NCBI GenBank assembly: GCA_964291655.2 | Contig: OZ219802.1 | Location: forward strand, 416,001-480,000 | Length of the DNA stretch: 64,000 bases | Direction: 5' to 3' | DNA from: Chloroflexota bacterium | Lineage (GTDB): Bacteria; Chloroflexota; UBA11872; VXOZ01 | Part shown: positions 41,671-51,976 of the stretch, piece by piece | Layout: each line of letters opens with the position of its first letter | Numbering within the stretch: position 1 is the first letter of the stretch | Notes under the pieces: model-generated | Told to the model about the DNA's origin: nothing | The model's database searches: none | Seen by the model: the letters and a program-made list of their open reading frames with translations, nothing else | Translations under genes and position numbers: made by a program

Positions 41671-43017
41671 ATGGCGGATACACTATCTCGGCGAACCATT
41701 CTACGCGGCGCGCTGATGGGCGGCGCGGTTGCGATTTCAGCAGCCTGTGGCGCTGTACCGGTAACGCCGGCGGAGACGGAAAAAGCCCCTGATGCGCCCA
41801 AGGCGGCGGAAGCGCCCAAGGATGAAGGCCCCAAGGCAATTAACTTCCTCCACGTGTTGGAAGGCCAGAATGAGACCTGGCAAAACGGCTGGGCAGAAGT
41901 AGTAGAGACATTTGAGGCGAAGAATCCCGGTCACAAAATAGAGATTGCCGACTCTGCGTTTGGCGAATTGCCGACCAAAGCGGCGGCGGCCCAAGCGGGC
42001 GGGATCAAATTTGACATCATCTACGGCTACTTTGGGTGGGTCGGTACCTTTGTAGCTGGCAACATTGTCCAGCCTCTCGATCCCATCATTGCCACAGACG
42101 CGGAAATCGATCCTGCTAACTTCCACGAAGCCGCCAAGTGGATCCATAAGGGCCAGAACTACGGCGTGGCGTGGTGGATCAACTCACGTGAGATTTGGTA
42201 CAACAAGAGCCTCATCGTCAATGCCGGTCTCAAGACCCCGACTGAGCTCGAGGCCGAGGGCAATTGGACCTGGGATTCCGCTCTGGAAGCGGCCATTAAG
42301 CTGACCAAGGTCGAAGGTGATGAAGTCGTCCAAGGCGGTTTGGGCACCCAACCACACGTTCCTTCTGTGTTGACGTACTACTCCTGGGCCTGGGGGGCCG
42401 ACTTTTGGAATCCGGATTGCACGCAGGCCGGCTTTGGCAGCGATGCCTTCCGCGATGCGGTGCAATTCCAAGCGGATACCTTTACCAAGCACCGAGTGCA
42501 GGGCGGCAACTACTTTGAGGGCAACACGGCCATCTATCACACCGGGCACTTCCAGATCCGGCGCATCAACGAGCAGGTCACGCCGACAAACCTGTTTGAG
42601 GTAGGCATGGCGCCAACTCCCAATGGACCGGGTGGCCGCAAGGCCGCCTATGCCGTGGTCGCCATCCACCTCGGTTCGCAGGCGGAGAACGCCGAAGGCG
42701 GCTGGGAGTTCATCAAGCACACGGTGATCGGCGACCTGCAGGAGATCTGGATCCCGCAGGGCGGCGGCCGGTATCCGGCGGACTTGCGCCGGGAGCCGAT
42801 CACGACCAAGGAATTTGAGGACGCCAGCGTCTACAAGAAGATGGCGGAAATCGCCAACGCCACGCCAACGCTCATCCAGCAGGGCGACTTTAACGACATT
42901 TGGCGCAACGAGACTTGGCCGGCGATCTTGGAAGGCGCCATAACGGTGCCGGAAGCGCTACAGAAGACGCAAGATCAAGTCCAAGGCTGGCTGGACGACC
43001 GCGGTTGTCTCTGGTAG
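41671..43017 (+). CDS. Tat-exported solute-binding lipoprotein
   Basis: SRRTILRG twin-Arg signal, lipobox AACG, WYNKSL, WTWD; GGGAGGG RBS. Confidence 0.88.
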   Translation: MADTLSRRTILRGALMGGAVAISAACGAVPVTPAETEKAPDAPKAAEAPKDEGPKAINFLHVLEGQNETWQNGWAEVVETFEAKNPGHKIEIADSAFGELPTKAAAAQAGGIKFDIIYGYFGWVGTFVAGNIVQPLDPIIATDAEIDPANFHEAAKWIHKGQNYGVAWWINSREIWYNKSLIVNAGLKTPTELEAEGNWTWDSALEAAIKLTKVEGDEVVQGGLGTQPHVPSVLTYYSWAWGADFWNPDCTQAGFGSDAFRDAVQFQADTFTKHRVQGGNYFEGNTAIYHTGHFQIRRINEQVTPTNLFEVGMAPTPNGPGGRKAAYAVVAIHLGSQAENAEGGWEFIKHTVIGDLQEIWIPQGGGRYPADLRREPITTKEFEDASVYKKMAEIANATPTLIQQGDFNDIWRNETWPAILEGAITVPEALQKTQDQVQGWLDDRGCLW

Positions 43018-43030
43018 ACCTGTCTACCAA

Positions 43031-43069
43031 GCCCGGGGGAGCATGACCTGCTCCCCCGGCTCTTTTTTG
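43031..43069 (+). terminator. Intrinsic terminator
   Basis: CCGGGGGAGCA-tgacc-TGCTCCCCCGG followed by CTCTTTTTTGT. Confidence 0.85.
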
Positions 43070-43162
43070 TACAATGCAAGCACTGGAAATTCCTGTGCGC
43101 TTGCTAGGCGCCAGAAACACGTTCAACCTGCCTGGTGTGCTGAGATAGGGAAGAGGTGAAAC

Positions 43163-44092
43163 ATGGCTCGACTGGCGAAAGTAGCCGTCTGTTCCACGCC
43201 GAATACGGTGGTTGGCGAGAGCGATGAGGAGCGGTACGAGTTCAATTTGAGGAAGGCCGAAGAACTGCTCCACGAGGCCGCCGCGCAGGGGGCGGACATT
43301 GCTTGCCTGCCGGAGGCATTTACCATTCGCGGCATCAGCGACGGCGGGACCAATCACCGCTGGCGCGAACCGGTTCCCGGTGGGGAAACCTATCAACGCA
43401 TGGCGGCTATCGCCCGGCAGCGCGCCATGTATGTCGTTGCGCCAATAGTTGGCGTGGAAGACGGGGTTCACCGCAATGTGGCAATGGTCATCGGCCGCGA
43501 CGGTGACTACATCGGCGGTTACCACAAGGTCCATCTCACCGTTACGGAGGATGAAGCATGGGGCCTCACCGCCGGTGATTCCTGGCCGGTCTTTGATCTG
43601 GATTTCGGCAAGATCGGCATCACCATCTGTTACGATGTATTCTTCCCTGAGGGTTTCCGTATTCTTGCCCTCAAAGGCGCCGACATCATCTTCCATCCCA
43701 CCATGTACAGCATGTACGGTGAGGTGGGTTGGGAAGCGGTGATCCAGTCCCGCGCCATCGATAACTGCGTCTACGTCTGTCCGGTGAACTACGGCTTCAC
43801 GGACAATGAGCCCTGGATGCCGGGCATGTGCCTCAACCGGAGCAGCGTGATCGGGCCGGACGGCATTGCACTGGCGGACCGCGGCCGCTACTGGGGCGTG
43901 GCCGTTGCCTCACTCGATCTCGACCGCCCCCGCATGGTCTACCGAGGCGGCAGCACCGGCCTGGCAAGCTTCCGCGAAGACGCTTGGAACCACCGCCGGC
44001 CGGATACCTACGAAGAACTCTTAGACTACGGCTATTGGGTCGATCATTCGGGTCAAGAGTCGGGTGAGCGGCCTACCAAGGTGGAAGCCTAG
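43163..44092 (+). CDS. Carbon-nitrogen hydrolase (nitrilase superfamily)
   Basis: E-K-C triad in LPEAF, YHKVHL and ICYDVFFPE. Confidence 0.92.
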   Translation: MARLAKVAVCSTPNTVVGESDEERYEFNLRKAEELLHEAAAQGADIACLPEAFTIRGISDGGTNHRWREPVPGGETYQRMAAIARQRAMYVVAPIVGVEDGVHRNVAMVIGRDGDYIGGYHKVHLTVTEDEAWGLTAGDSWPVFDLDFGKIGITICYDVFFPEGFRILALKGADIIFHPTMYSMYGEVGWEAVIQSRAIDNCVYVCPVNYGFTDNEPWMPGMCLNRSSVIGPDGIALADRGRYWGVAVASLDLDRPRMVYRGGSTGLASFREDAWNHRRPDTYEELLDYGYWVDHSGQESGERPTKVEA

Positions 44093-44251
44093 CGCCGACC
44101 AGTCCTGGATTGGGAGCCTTGGGAGACTTCGACTCTGTTCTGCCTCCTATGGGAGAAACCAAGTTTGCCCTCACTTAATTGGACATTCCAATTCTGCTAC
44201 TTCTGCTGTCGAAGACTCCGCTTCTGGCCTCCCTCCTGTTGTCAGCAACTC

Positions 44252-44422
44252 CACTCTTGTCCCTCTGCTGTGAGAGTCTCCGTTCTAGTCCCCTCCGTTG
44301 TCAGCGGCCCCACTCTAGTCCCCTCCGTTGTCAGCGGCCCCACTCTTGTCCCCTCCGTTATTAGCGGCCCCACTTTTGTCCCCTCCGTTGTCTCAGGCTC
44401 CACTCTTGTCCCCTCTCCTGGG
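44252..44422. repeat. 30-bp tandem repeat, about 5.5 units, running into a REP half-site
   Basis: Unit CACTCT(T/A)GTCCCCTCCGTTGTCAGCGGCCC at 44252, 44281, 44311, 44341, 44371; partial at 44401. Confidence 0.9.
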
Positions 44423-46067
44423 GAGGGTGTCTCAAAAATAGATCTACTGGATATATACTGGTGTGAAGAGAAGCAAGGTGAGGTGGTGGGATAGTTTGTA
44501 GAGAGGTAGTGACGATGCCGTTGAGACCGTTTAGTCGTGAACAGGCCTGGCTGTTGCCGCCGACGCTGGACGAACTGATCCCGGACGACCATCCTGTCAG
44601 GTTTGCGGCAGCGTTCGTGGACAGCCTCGATGCTGCGGCCTGGGAGGCGATGGAGATTGACCTGCAAGGCGATCCGCGTGGCGCCGGGGCCTACCATCCG
44701 CGCGCGCTGCTGGGCGTATGGGTCTACGGCTTCATGACCGGCGTGCGCTCGAGCCGCAAGCTGGAGGCAGCCTGCCGGGATCAGGTACCGTACCTGTGGC
44801 TGGTGGGGATGCAGCAGCCGGACCACAACACGCTGTGGCGCTTCTACAAGGCGCACCGCGACCGGATGCGGATGCTGCTCAAGCGCACGGTGCGCACGGC
44901 GGTGCGAGCCGGCCTGGTGGAGTTGGCAATCCAGGCGGTGGACGGCACCAGGATCGCGGCCAACGCCGGGACGCGGCATACCCACGACGCGCAGGGGCTG
45001 CAAGCGGCTGTTGTCCCGCACCGAGCAAGCGATCGCGGACCTGGAGGCGCAGAACGCCACGGGGGGCGACGCGCCGCCAGCGACTTTGCCGCAGGAACTT
45101 GCCGATGCCCAGGCCCTGCGGCGGCGGGTGGACGACGCGCTCGCCCGCGTCGCGGCTGAGGACGGGCCGCGCTACACGAACCTGACTGATGCGGACGCGG
45201 CCCTGCTCAAGACTGGCATGGGTGGCTTCATCACCGGCTACAACGCCCAGGCGCTGGTCTCCCCTCTTGCGTCCCCGGACGAGGGCGCAGGGGGGAGGTT
45301 GATCACAGCCGTGGACGTGAGCGCCAGTGCCGACGACCATCCCCACCTGGCGCCGCTGATCGAGGCGGCGCAGGAGAACATCGACGCCGCGCGGGACGTG
45401 GTGACCGTTGCGGACGCCGGCTACCATTCGGGGGCCAACCTCGCCACGTGCCACGCCGGCGGCCACACGGTATTGATGCCCACGACCCACGAGCGCAGAC
45501 GCCGCAACCCCTACCATAAAGACCACTTCACCTACCGTCCAGAGACCGACACCTACCTGTGTCCCCAGCAAAAGGTGCTCACCTACACGCACCGCTTGAC
45601 CCACAGCAACGGCTACCGGGTCAAGCGGTACCAAGCCAACGGCCGGGACTGCAGAACCTGTCCGGCCTTCGGCGTCTGCACCTCCTCCCAGAGGGGCCGC
45701 TCCATAAAGATCAGCGCCTACGAGCCAATACTGCAACGGCACAGGCAGTTGATGGCCACCGCGCCTGCCAAGCAGGTGTACCGCCGCCGGAGTACCATCG
45801 TCGAGCCGGTCTTTGGCCTGCTCAAGGAGTGGCACAGTGCCAGGCGCTTCCTGCTCAGAGGCCGCAGCCACGTGACGTCCGAATGGCACCTGCTGGCCAC
45901 CGCGTTCAATCTCAAGAGCCTCCACGCCCTGTGGCGGTCTGGGTGTAGTCCAGCGTCGCCCCGGGGACGAGTCTCTCACTGGCACCGTCTTGTTCATACC
46001 ACCCGCCATCTGTCTGTCCTTCTCACCCCATTCACCGTGCCCCGCACCAAAATATTGAGACAGCCTC
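44423..46067 (+). mobile_element. IS1182-family insertion sequence
   Basis: Terminal IRs GAGGGTGTCTCAA...TTGAGACAGCCTC; flanks TGGG and CGGG form an imperfect 4-bp duplication. Confidence 0.9.
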
Positions 46068-46102
46068 CGGGGGAGAGGGCTAGGGTGAGGGCGAAAGAAT
46101 AG
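44515..46102 (+). pseudogene. IS1182 transposase, frameshifted near 45001
   Basis: LLPP.LDE.IP.DHP, SSRKLE, PDHNT..RF, AVDGTRI.ANA; then TDADA, GYNAQ, ADAGY, RR..IVEPVFG; removing one base restores GLKRLLSRTEQ. Confidence 0.9.
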
Positions 46103-46209
46103 TGCATGACTGAAGTCCAGATCTACCTTCCTACTCTTCCCAGTCGTTTAGGAATCCGCTTCAATGTACCCAATACCTCTTTCAGATTGACTGCAAAGGA
46201 GATTGCCGC

Positions 46210-46878
46210 ATGCTTATCGACACCAACGACTTCGTTACGCAACGCATCGCAAAAGACGAAACTCTCGAACCGGAGAAGACCGCCCTCATCATCATTGACA
46301 TGATGAACCGGTTCTGCAATCCCGTGTGGCTGGCCCAAGGCGACCACGAAAGGGCCGAGTGGTTTGCCCGCGAGCTCGACTACGTGATTCCCAACGTCAC
46401 CGACGCGCTCCGCATATTCCGCGAGGCCGGCGCACTCGTGGTTCACGCCGTCTGCGCCAGGTGGACGCTTGACAAGCGGGATGCTCCGCTCCACATGCGT
46501 GAACGGGACTACGATCTGTTCGATACTCCTGGCATGTCGGTAATCGACCAGTTGGCGCCGCAACCCGGAGAGATTCTCATCCGCAAGACGTCCGGCTCCG
46601 TCTTTACGGGCACAGGCCTGGAATATCTATTGCACCAAGCCAGCATCGAAAACGTGGTGCTGTGCGGCCAGTACGGCAGCGCCTGTGTCTTCTATTCTCT
46701 CATTCAGAGCAGGGAATTCGGATTCCAGCAGCGAGTCTGGCTGGAGGACTGCATCCTCTATGGCAATGAGACCAGTAAACACCTCTTCCCCGCCCTCGTC
46801 GGCCAGCACTGGGCCAAACTGGCAACCAGGAAAGAGGTAGGCCGCGCGCTCGCAAAACTTACTGCGGTGGCAGGCTGA
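46210..46878 (+). CDS. Isochorismatase-family cysteine hydrolase
   Basis: TALIIIDM.N.F, P..GEILIRK..GSVF.GT.L, SACV. Confidence 0.88.
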   Translation: MLIDTNDFVTQRIAKDETLEPEKTALIIIDMMNRFCNPVWLAQGDHERAEWFARELDYVIPNVTDALRIFREAGALVVHAVCARWTLDKRDAPLHMRERDYDLFDTPGMSVIDQLAPQPGEILIRKTSGSVFTGTGLEYLLHQASIENVVLCGQYGSACVFYSLIQSREFGFQQRVWLEDCILYGNETSKHLFPALVGQHWAKLATRKEVGRALAKLTAVAG

Positions 46879-46948
46879 CGGCTAATCAACGCAAGGCATT
46901 TCCTCATATTGATGGCATCTACTTGGGTCAATGAAGGAAGTACACCCC

Positions 46949-46976
46949 CTGGATTCCGGCTTTCGCCGGAATGACG
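46949..46976 (-). repeat. CGTC-tagged REP
   Basis: Minus strand CGTCATTCCGGCGAAAGCCGGAATCCAG; relatives at 53776, 54399 and 63384. Confidence 0.85.
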
Positions 46977-47119
46977 GATGGGTCGGTCTCACCCGGGGGA
47001 GGGAGTCGTCATTCAGATTCGGCCGCAATTCCGCAGAAAAGACGCTTGGCAGGAGCGAAATCCGCTAGACTTAGTCGCCAATAGCACGCCGAGCAAGCCA
47101 GACGGTCTGTGCCTTCGGA

Positions 47120-47812
47120 CTAGAGCCGACCGCAATTGAGCTCGGCAAGCGATAGCTTCCAGTCCGGGTTTTGATAGAGCCACCGCTCAAAATTCCCCTT
47201 GATAGATGGCCATTCGCTATCCAGCAGCGCGAACCAGGCGGTATCGCGATTGCGTTCCTTCACGATCATGTGCTGTCGAAAGATGCCCTCGAAGGTGAAA
47301 CCGAGGCGCAAAGCCGCCGACCGTGAACGGGCGTTGAGGGCGTCGCACTTCCACTCGACCCGCCGGTGCTTTAGTCCATCAAAGGCCTCGCACAGCATGA
47401 GGTACACGGCCTCGGTGTTTGCTTGCGTTCGCTGGGCATCCAGGGCGTACCAGATATGCCCTAACTCCAGGCGTCGCATGTCCGTGACAATGTTAAGGAA
47501 ACTGGTCATCCCCACGTGCCGCCGGGTTTCATGGTGGTGCACGGCAAAGAAGAGCGGATCTTCGGATTCCGCACTCTCCTCGAGCCAGCCCAGCATTTGT
47601 TCTTCTGTCTCAAAGGGCCCGTACCCCATGTAGGCCCACACCTGCTCCCTGGTTGCGGTGCCGTGTGTGGCTGCGAACAGTTGTACCACGTCTGCATGGG
47701 GATTCACCGGCGAAAGCGTGATGAACTGCCCGACATAGTCCGTCCGTCGAGGCAATCCGCCCTGGCCTGCGGGTTCTACGTCATCGCCGCGAGGCTGACA
47801 AGACTGATTCAT
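47120..47812 (-). CDS. GNAT N-acetyltransferase (RimJ/RimL-like)
   Basis: ELGHIW, RRVEWKCDALN.RS..AA.RLGF.FEG.FRQH, RNRDTAW. Confidence 0.9.
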   Translation of the reverse strand: MNQSCQPRGDDVEPAGQGGLPRRTDYVGQFITLSPVNPHADVVQLFAATHGTATREQVWAYMGYGPFETEEQMLGWLEESAESEDPLFFAVHHHETRRHVGMTSFLNIVTDMRRLELGHIWYALDAQRTQANTEAVYLMLCEAFDGLKHRRVEWKCDALNARSRSAALRLGFTFEGIFRQHMIVKERNRDTAWFALLDSEWPSIKGNFERWLYQNPDWKLSLAELNCGRL

Positions 47813-47890
47813 GAAGTGTCCAGTTTCCGTCCGGTGTTGAGCATTCGGACGCTCGCGACAAGGGAAATAGCTCGTTGCTCTGGCCCGCGC

Positions 47891-48568
47891 CTAGACCAAT
47901 CGCGCAACTGGGTCCATCACCTCAGGGCCCTTATTCCGCGTATTGTTAACCAATGTCGAGACCTCAAACGCATCCATGGCATCGTCGGGATACGGCGCGA
48001 TCGCGCTCGCCAGCGCTAAGGGGTCTTCCACGTCCTTATCCAGCCAGAACGACTCCTGCTCTTGCGGTAGTATCACCGGCATGCGTTCGTGGATGGGACT
48101 CAGAATCTCATTCGCCGACGTGGTGATGATGGTGCAGGAATTGATCAACTCGCCTTCCGGGTCTTTCCATGTCTCCCAGAGACCGGCAAAGGCGAAGGGC
48201 TCGTCCGACTTGAGCGTGATCCGCATGGGCCGCTTCTGCTTGCCGCCGAGTTTTTGCCACTCGTAGAAGCCGTCGGCCAGAATCAGGCAGCGCCGCTTGC
48301 GCAGCGCGGTGCGAAAGCTGGGCTTCTCCGCCACGGTCTCGCCGCGGGCGTTGATCATGCGGTAGCCGATCTTCATATCCTTGGCCCAGAATGGAATCAA
48401 CCCCCAGCGCATGTACTCGGCGTGCCGTTCGCCGTCGTTGGTGACGGTAAGCACCTGCTGCGTGGGCGCGATGTTGTAGGCCGGTTGGTGCTCAATGTCG
48501 TCGGCGGCGAACTCGAACCGCATGGCGAGCTGGGATATGTCTGCTTTCAGGCTATATCTGCCACACAT
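47891..48568 (-). CDS. SOS response-associated peptidase (SRAP/YedK/HMCES family)
   Basis: MCGRY N-terminus (catalytic Cys2), YNIAPTQ, WGLIP.W, INARGET, GFYEW, IHERMP. Confidence 0.95.
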   Translation of the reverse strand: MCGRYSLKADISQLAMRFEFAADDIEHQPAYNIAPTQQVLTVTNDGERHAEYMRWGLIPFWAKDMKIGYRMINARGETVAEKPSFRTALRKRRCLILADGFYEWQKLGGKQKRPMRITLKSDEPFAFAGLWETWKDPEGELINSCTIITTSANEILSPIHERMPVILPQEQESFWLDKDVEDPLALASAIAPYPDDAMDAFEVSTLVNNTRNKGPEVMDPVARLV

Positions 48569-48657
48569 AGTTCCCTCCGGTCGGTGCGACACGTTTGGAC
48601 CTTCTTGCGTGCCATTATCCCATACACGCGCTGTCCGCCACAGGGTTGGGTTTATGT

Positions 48658-51600
48658 CTAGTGCCAGTCGTGGGAAGCGGGCATAGGCACCGCGGCGTCG
48701 AGCGCCCGCACGGCCGAGACAATGACGTTGGTAGTGCCGTCCCAGCGGGAGACCTCGCCGGTGGCCAGAATCACCTGGCTGCCGAGCGCGCGACGATGGC
48801 GGGCAAAGACCCGCGGCCAGAGGATGAGCTGGACGCTGCCCACCTCATCCTCAATGGTAACGAACACTGTGCCGTCCCTGCCGCGCGGGTGCTGCCGCGC
48901 CACCGGCCAGCCGGTTACCTGGATCCGCTCGCCCTCTTTCACGTCCTCGATCGCAGTGGTGGGCAACACCTCAGGACCCAACGAGGGGCGGAAGTGCTCC
49001 ATCAGATGCCCCTTGGGATGAATGCCCATGACGGCGTACTCCCCCACCATGCACTCGAAGTCGTTGAAGTCCGTCAACCGGGGCACGTTCTCCGCTGTCG
49101 CCACCGCAAAGGCGCGCTGCCCGTGCTCGCCGGGACGAATGGCGAGACCGGCATCCCAGAGCGCTTCTCTCCGATTCTGCGAATCCTGCGGATTCGGCGC
49201 ATCCTGCGAAGTCGGCGCATCCTGCGAAGTCGGCGCATCCTGCGAAGTCGTTGTCCTCAATGATGTTGGCGTCTCCGACGATGTCGAGGCGATCTCGTCA
49301 AAGGCTCCCGCCTGCACGAGCGATTGCACCGCTTTGGGCTTCACACCCGTGCGCCGCACGAAATCGCTCGCGCCGGTGTACGGGCCGCCGCTCTCTCGCT
49401 CGACCACGATGTTATGCGCCACCTCTTCCCCGATGTCCCTGACGAACCGTAATCCCAGCAGCACCGCGCCCTCCGCGGACGTGCAGCGCACCTGGCTGCG
49501 GTTTATGCACGGATTCCGAAACGGCACGCCGAAGCTCTGCGCGTCCTGCTTAAGCGTTTCCAGCGGATAGAAGCCCATGGGCTGGTTGTTCATCAGGCCG
49601 ATGAAGAATTCCAGCGGATAGTAACGCTTCAGCCACGCGGCCTGATAGGCCGTGATGGCAAAGGCATGGCTGTGGCTCTCCGGAAACATGTAGTGACCGT
49701 TGATCTTGGAGAAAATCTTCTCCGCAACTGCCTCAGGCACTCCCTTACGTTGCGCGCCTTTCCAAAACTGCTGCCAGTGCATGGCGATCAGGTGCGCGTT
49801 ATTGGGCTTGCCGAACGCCCGCCGCACTTCATCGGCCTGCGCCGCCGTCATGCCGCCCACGTCCATGATGAGTTGGACCACCTGCTCCTGCCACACGATG
49901 ATGCCGTAGCCCCGCTCCAGCGCGCGCTGCTCCAAGGGATGATCGTAGTCCCAGGCAACGCCGTGCCGGTAGCGCTCGACGAACTGCGAGACCGCGCTGC
50001 CCTGCACGCCGACGCCGGGTCGGATGAGTGCCACTTGGTAGGCTAAGTCAAGCAGAGTCCGCGAGCGCAGGCGCTGCCCCATCTTGAGCTGCGCCGGCGA
50101 CTGGAGCAGGAAGATGCCGATAGAGCGCCCCGCGTTGATCATGTCGTACACCTGCGGGTCTTCAGGATCGATCCGGCTCAGGTCGGGGCGTGTGCCTTCT
50201 CTCGCTTCAATCAGGTCGAGCGCCTCCTCGATCTGGTCGAGGACGGGCAACGAGAGCAGGTCGATCTTCGCAAAGTTGGCATCCGCCACGGAGTCCTTGT
50301 TCCAGTCCATGATGAAGCGGCCTTCCATGGCGCCGGCACGGATGGGCACCAGCGCCGAAATGGGCTTATCGCTGAGAATCATGCCGCCGACGTGCTGGCC
50401 GATCCCCTTGGGCGCATCCATGAGCGCGGGTCCGAGCGCGATGAGATCGCGCCAGCCTGGAGCCGTCACTTTATCTCTGAACGCGGGCAATCCTAGCATC
50501 TCTTCCTTGAGATTGACGGCATGGTGCGAGTGGAGCTGCTTGGAAAGGAGTGACAGGTCTTCCTTGGGCAACCCCAGCGCTTTCCCCAGGTCTTGGATAA
50601 TGCCCTTCACCGCATAGGTCGCGATGGCGCCGGCCAGCACGGCATATTCCGGCCCAAAGTGGCGGTGCACGCGCTCGAGCAACGGATCTCTGAGCTCGCG
50701 CGGAAAGTCCAGATCGATGTCGGGCAACATGGTCATATCCACTGAGATGAAGCGCTCCAGGGTGAGATTCCACTTGAGCGGGTCCACGTGGCTGATGCCG
50801 ATGAGGTAGCCGACCAAGAGCGCCACCGATGAGCCGCGCCCGCGTCCCGGCGGCCGTTCCTCCAGCGGCGTTGCGGGGTCCATCAATCCCCGCTCGACCA
50901 TGATCTGCTGCGCGATGCCTACGATTTCCCGGTAGAGCAACAGGAAGCCCGCGAGGTTGTGCCTCTCGATCAGGTCGAACTCTTCGTCCAGCCTTTCTTT
51001 CACTTGTACCGTCATCCCGTCATAGCGCCGCACTGCCGCTGCTTCGCAGAGCGTGCGCAAATACTGTGTGAGCGTGAAGCCCTCCGGCACGGCGGGATCA
51101 GGCAGCGTGTAGCCCAGATCGGTGCTGAGATCGAAAGTGCAGTGCTCGGCGATTTTTATGGTATTGGCTATAGCCGCTGGATAGTCTTGCAAAAAATGCG
51201 CCATCTGGGCGTGGGACTTCAGGTGCAGGTGATGGTTGGGTTTGAGGTGGGGCAGCGCCTGATCGATGGTGATATTGCGCTTGGCAGCCTCGAGCGCGTG
51301 CTGCAGCCGGTAGCGCTCCGGCGCGTGATAGTGCACGTCGTTAGTGGCGACCACGGGCACTCCCGCGTCCTGGGCAAGCCGCGCCAGTTCACCATTGCGC
51401 TTCGTATCACCGCGCAGCAAGTTCTGCTGCAGTTCCACGTACACGGACTCATGACCGTACCACGCCACGTACTCTTGCAGCAGCGTCATGGCCGTGGGGT
51501 AGCGTCCGGCCTCGACCAAGCGCGCCGGCGGCCCGTCACGGCCGCCGGTGAGCAAAATCAGGCCCGCGGCATGCGTGGGGAGATGTGCCGGATCCAGCCG

Positions 51601-51966
51601 CGGCTCTCTGCGGTCGACGGCGTTCGCCAAGGTGAAGAGCCGCGCTAGGTTGGCATAGCCCTCGCGTGTCTTGGCTAAGAGGACGATACGCGCACCGTCC
51701 AACAGGGTGAGCTCCCCTCCCGTGATGGGACGAATTTCCAGGCTATTGGCGAGACGGGCAAAATCCAACGCCCCGCAGAGGTTGGTATCGGTCAAGGCGA
51801 GCGCAGCGTACCCGAATGCCTTGGCCTGGGCGAGCAACTCGTGGGTGTGGGAGGCTCCAATCCCGAAGGAATAAAAGCTCTTGGCGTGCAGCTCAACGTA
51901 TCCGCCGGACGGCGACTGCATCGAAGACCGTGCTTGGGGCGAAGACGGTGACTGTATCGAAGGCAT
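48658..51966 (-). CDS. dnaE2: Error-prone DNA polymerase DnaE2 (ImuC)
   Basis: YVELH PHP domain, GRGS, PDIDLD, KIDLL, FPESH, NNQPMGFY, OB fold, C-terminal SHDWH; start may instead be 51921. Confidence 0.95.
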   Translation of the reverse strand: MPSIQSPSSPQARSSMQSPSGGYVELHAKSFYSFGIGASHTHELLAQAKAFGYAALALTDTNLCGALDFARLANSLEIRPITGGELTLLDGARIVLLAKTREGYANLARLFTLANAVDRREPRLDPAHLPTHAAGLILLTGGRDGPPARLVEAGRYPTAMTLLQEYVAWYGHESVYVELQQNLLRGDTKRNGELARLAQDAGVPVVATNDVHYHAPERYRLQHALEAAKRNITIDQALPHLKPNHHLHLKSHAQMAHFLQDYPAAIANTIKIAEHCTFDLSTDLGYTLPDPAVPEGFTLTQYLRTLCEAAAVRRYDGMTVQVKERLDEEFDLIERHNLAGFLLLYREIVGIAQQIMVERGLMDPATPLEERPPGRGRGSSVALLVGYLIGISHVDPLKWNLTLERFISVDMTMLPDIDLDFPRELRDPLLERVHRHFGPEYAVLAGAIATYAVKGIIQDLGKALGLPKEDLSLLSKQLHSHHAVNLKEEMLGLPAFRDKVTAPGWRDLIALGPALMDAPKGIGQHVGGMILSDKPISALVPIRAGAMEGRFIMDWNKDSVADANFAKIDLLSLPVLDQIEEALDLIEAREGTRPDLSRIDPEDPQVYDMINAGRSIGIFLLQSPAQLKMGQRLRSRTLLDLAYQVALIRPGVGVQGSAVSQFVERYRHGVAWDYDHPLEQRALERGYGIIVWQEQVVQLIMDVGGMTAAQADEVRRAFGKPNNAHLIAMHWQQFWKGAQRKGVPEAVAEKIFSKINGHYMFPESHSHAFAITAYQAAWLKRYYPLEFFIGLMNNQPMGFYPLETLKQDAQSFGVPFRNPCINRSQVRCTSAEGAVLLGLRFVRDIGEEVAHNIVVERESGGPYTGASDFVRRTGVKPKAVQSLVQAGAFDEIASTSSETPTSLRTTTSQDAPTSQDAPTSQDAPNPQDSQNRREALWDAGLAIRPGEHGQRAFAVATAENVPRLTDFNDFECMVGEYAVMGIHPKGHLMEHFRPSLGPEVLPTTAIEDVKEGERIQVTGWPVARQHPRGRDGTVFVTIEDEVGSVQLILWPRVFARHRRALGSQVILATGEVSRWDGTTNVIVSAVRALDAAVPMPASHDWH
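49173..49250. repeat. In-frame 18-bp tandem repeat inside dnaE2
   Basis: GGCGCATCCTGCGAAGTC three times plus degenerate copies; encodes TSQDAP TSQDAP TSQDAP NPQDSQ. Confidence 0.9.
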
Positions 51967-51976
51967 CGGGCTATCC

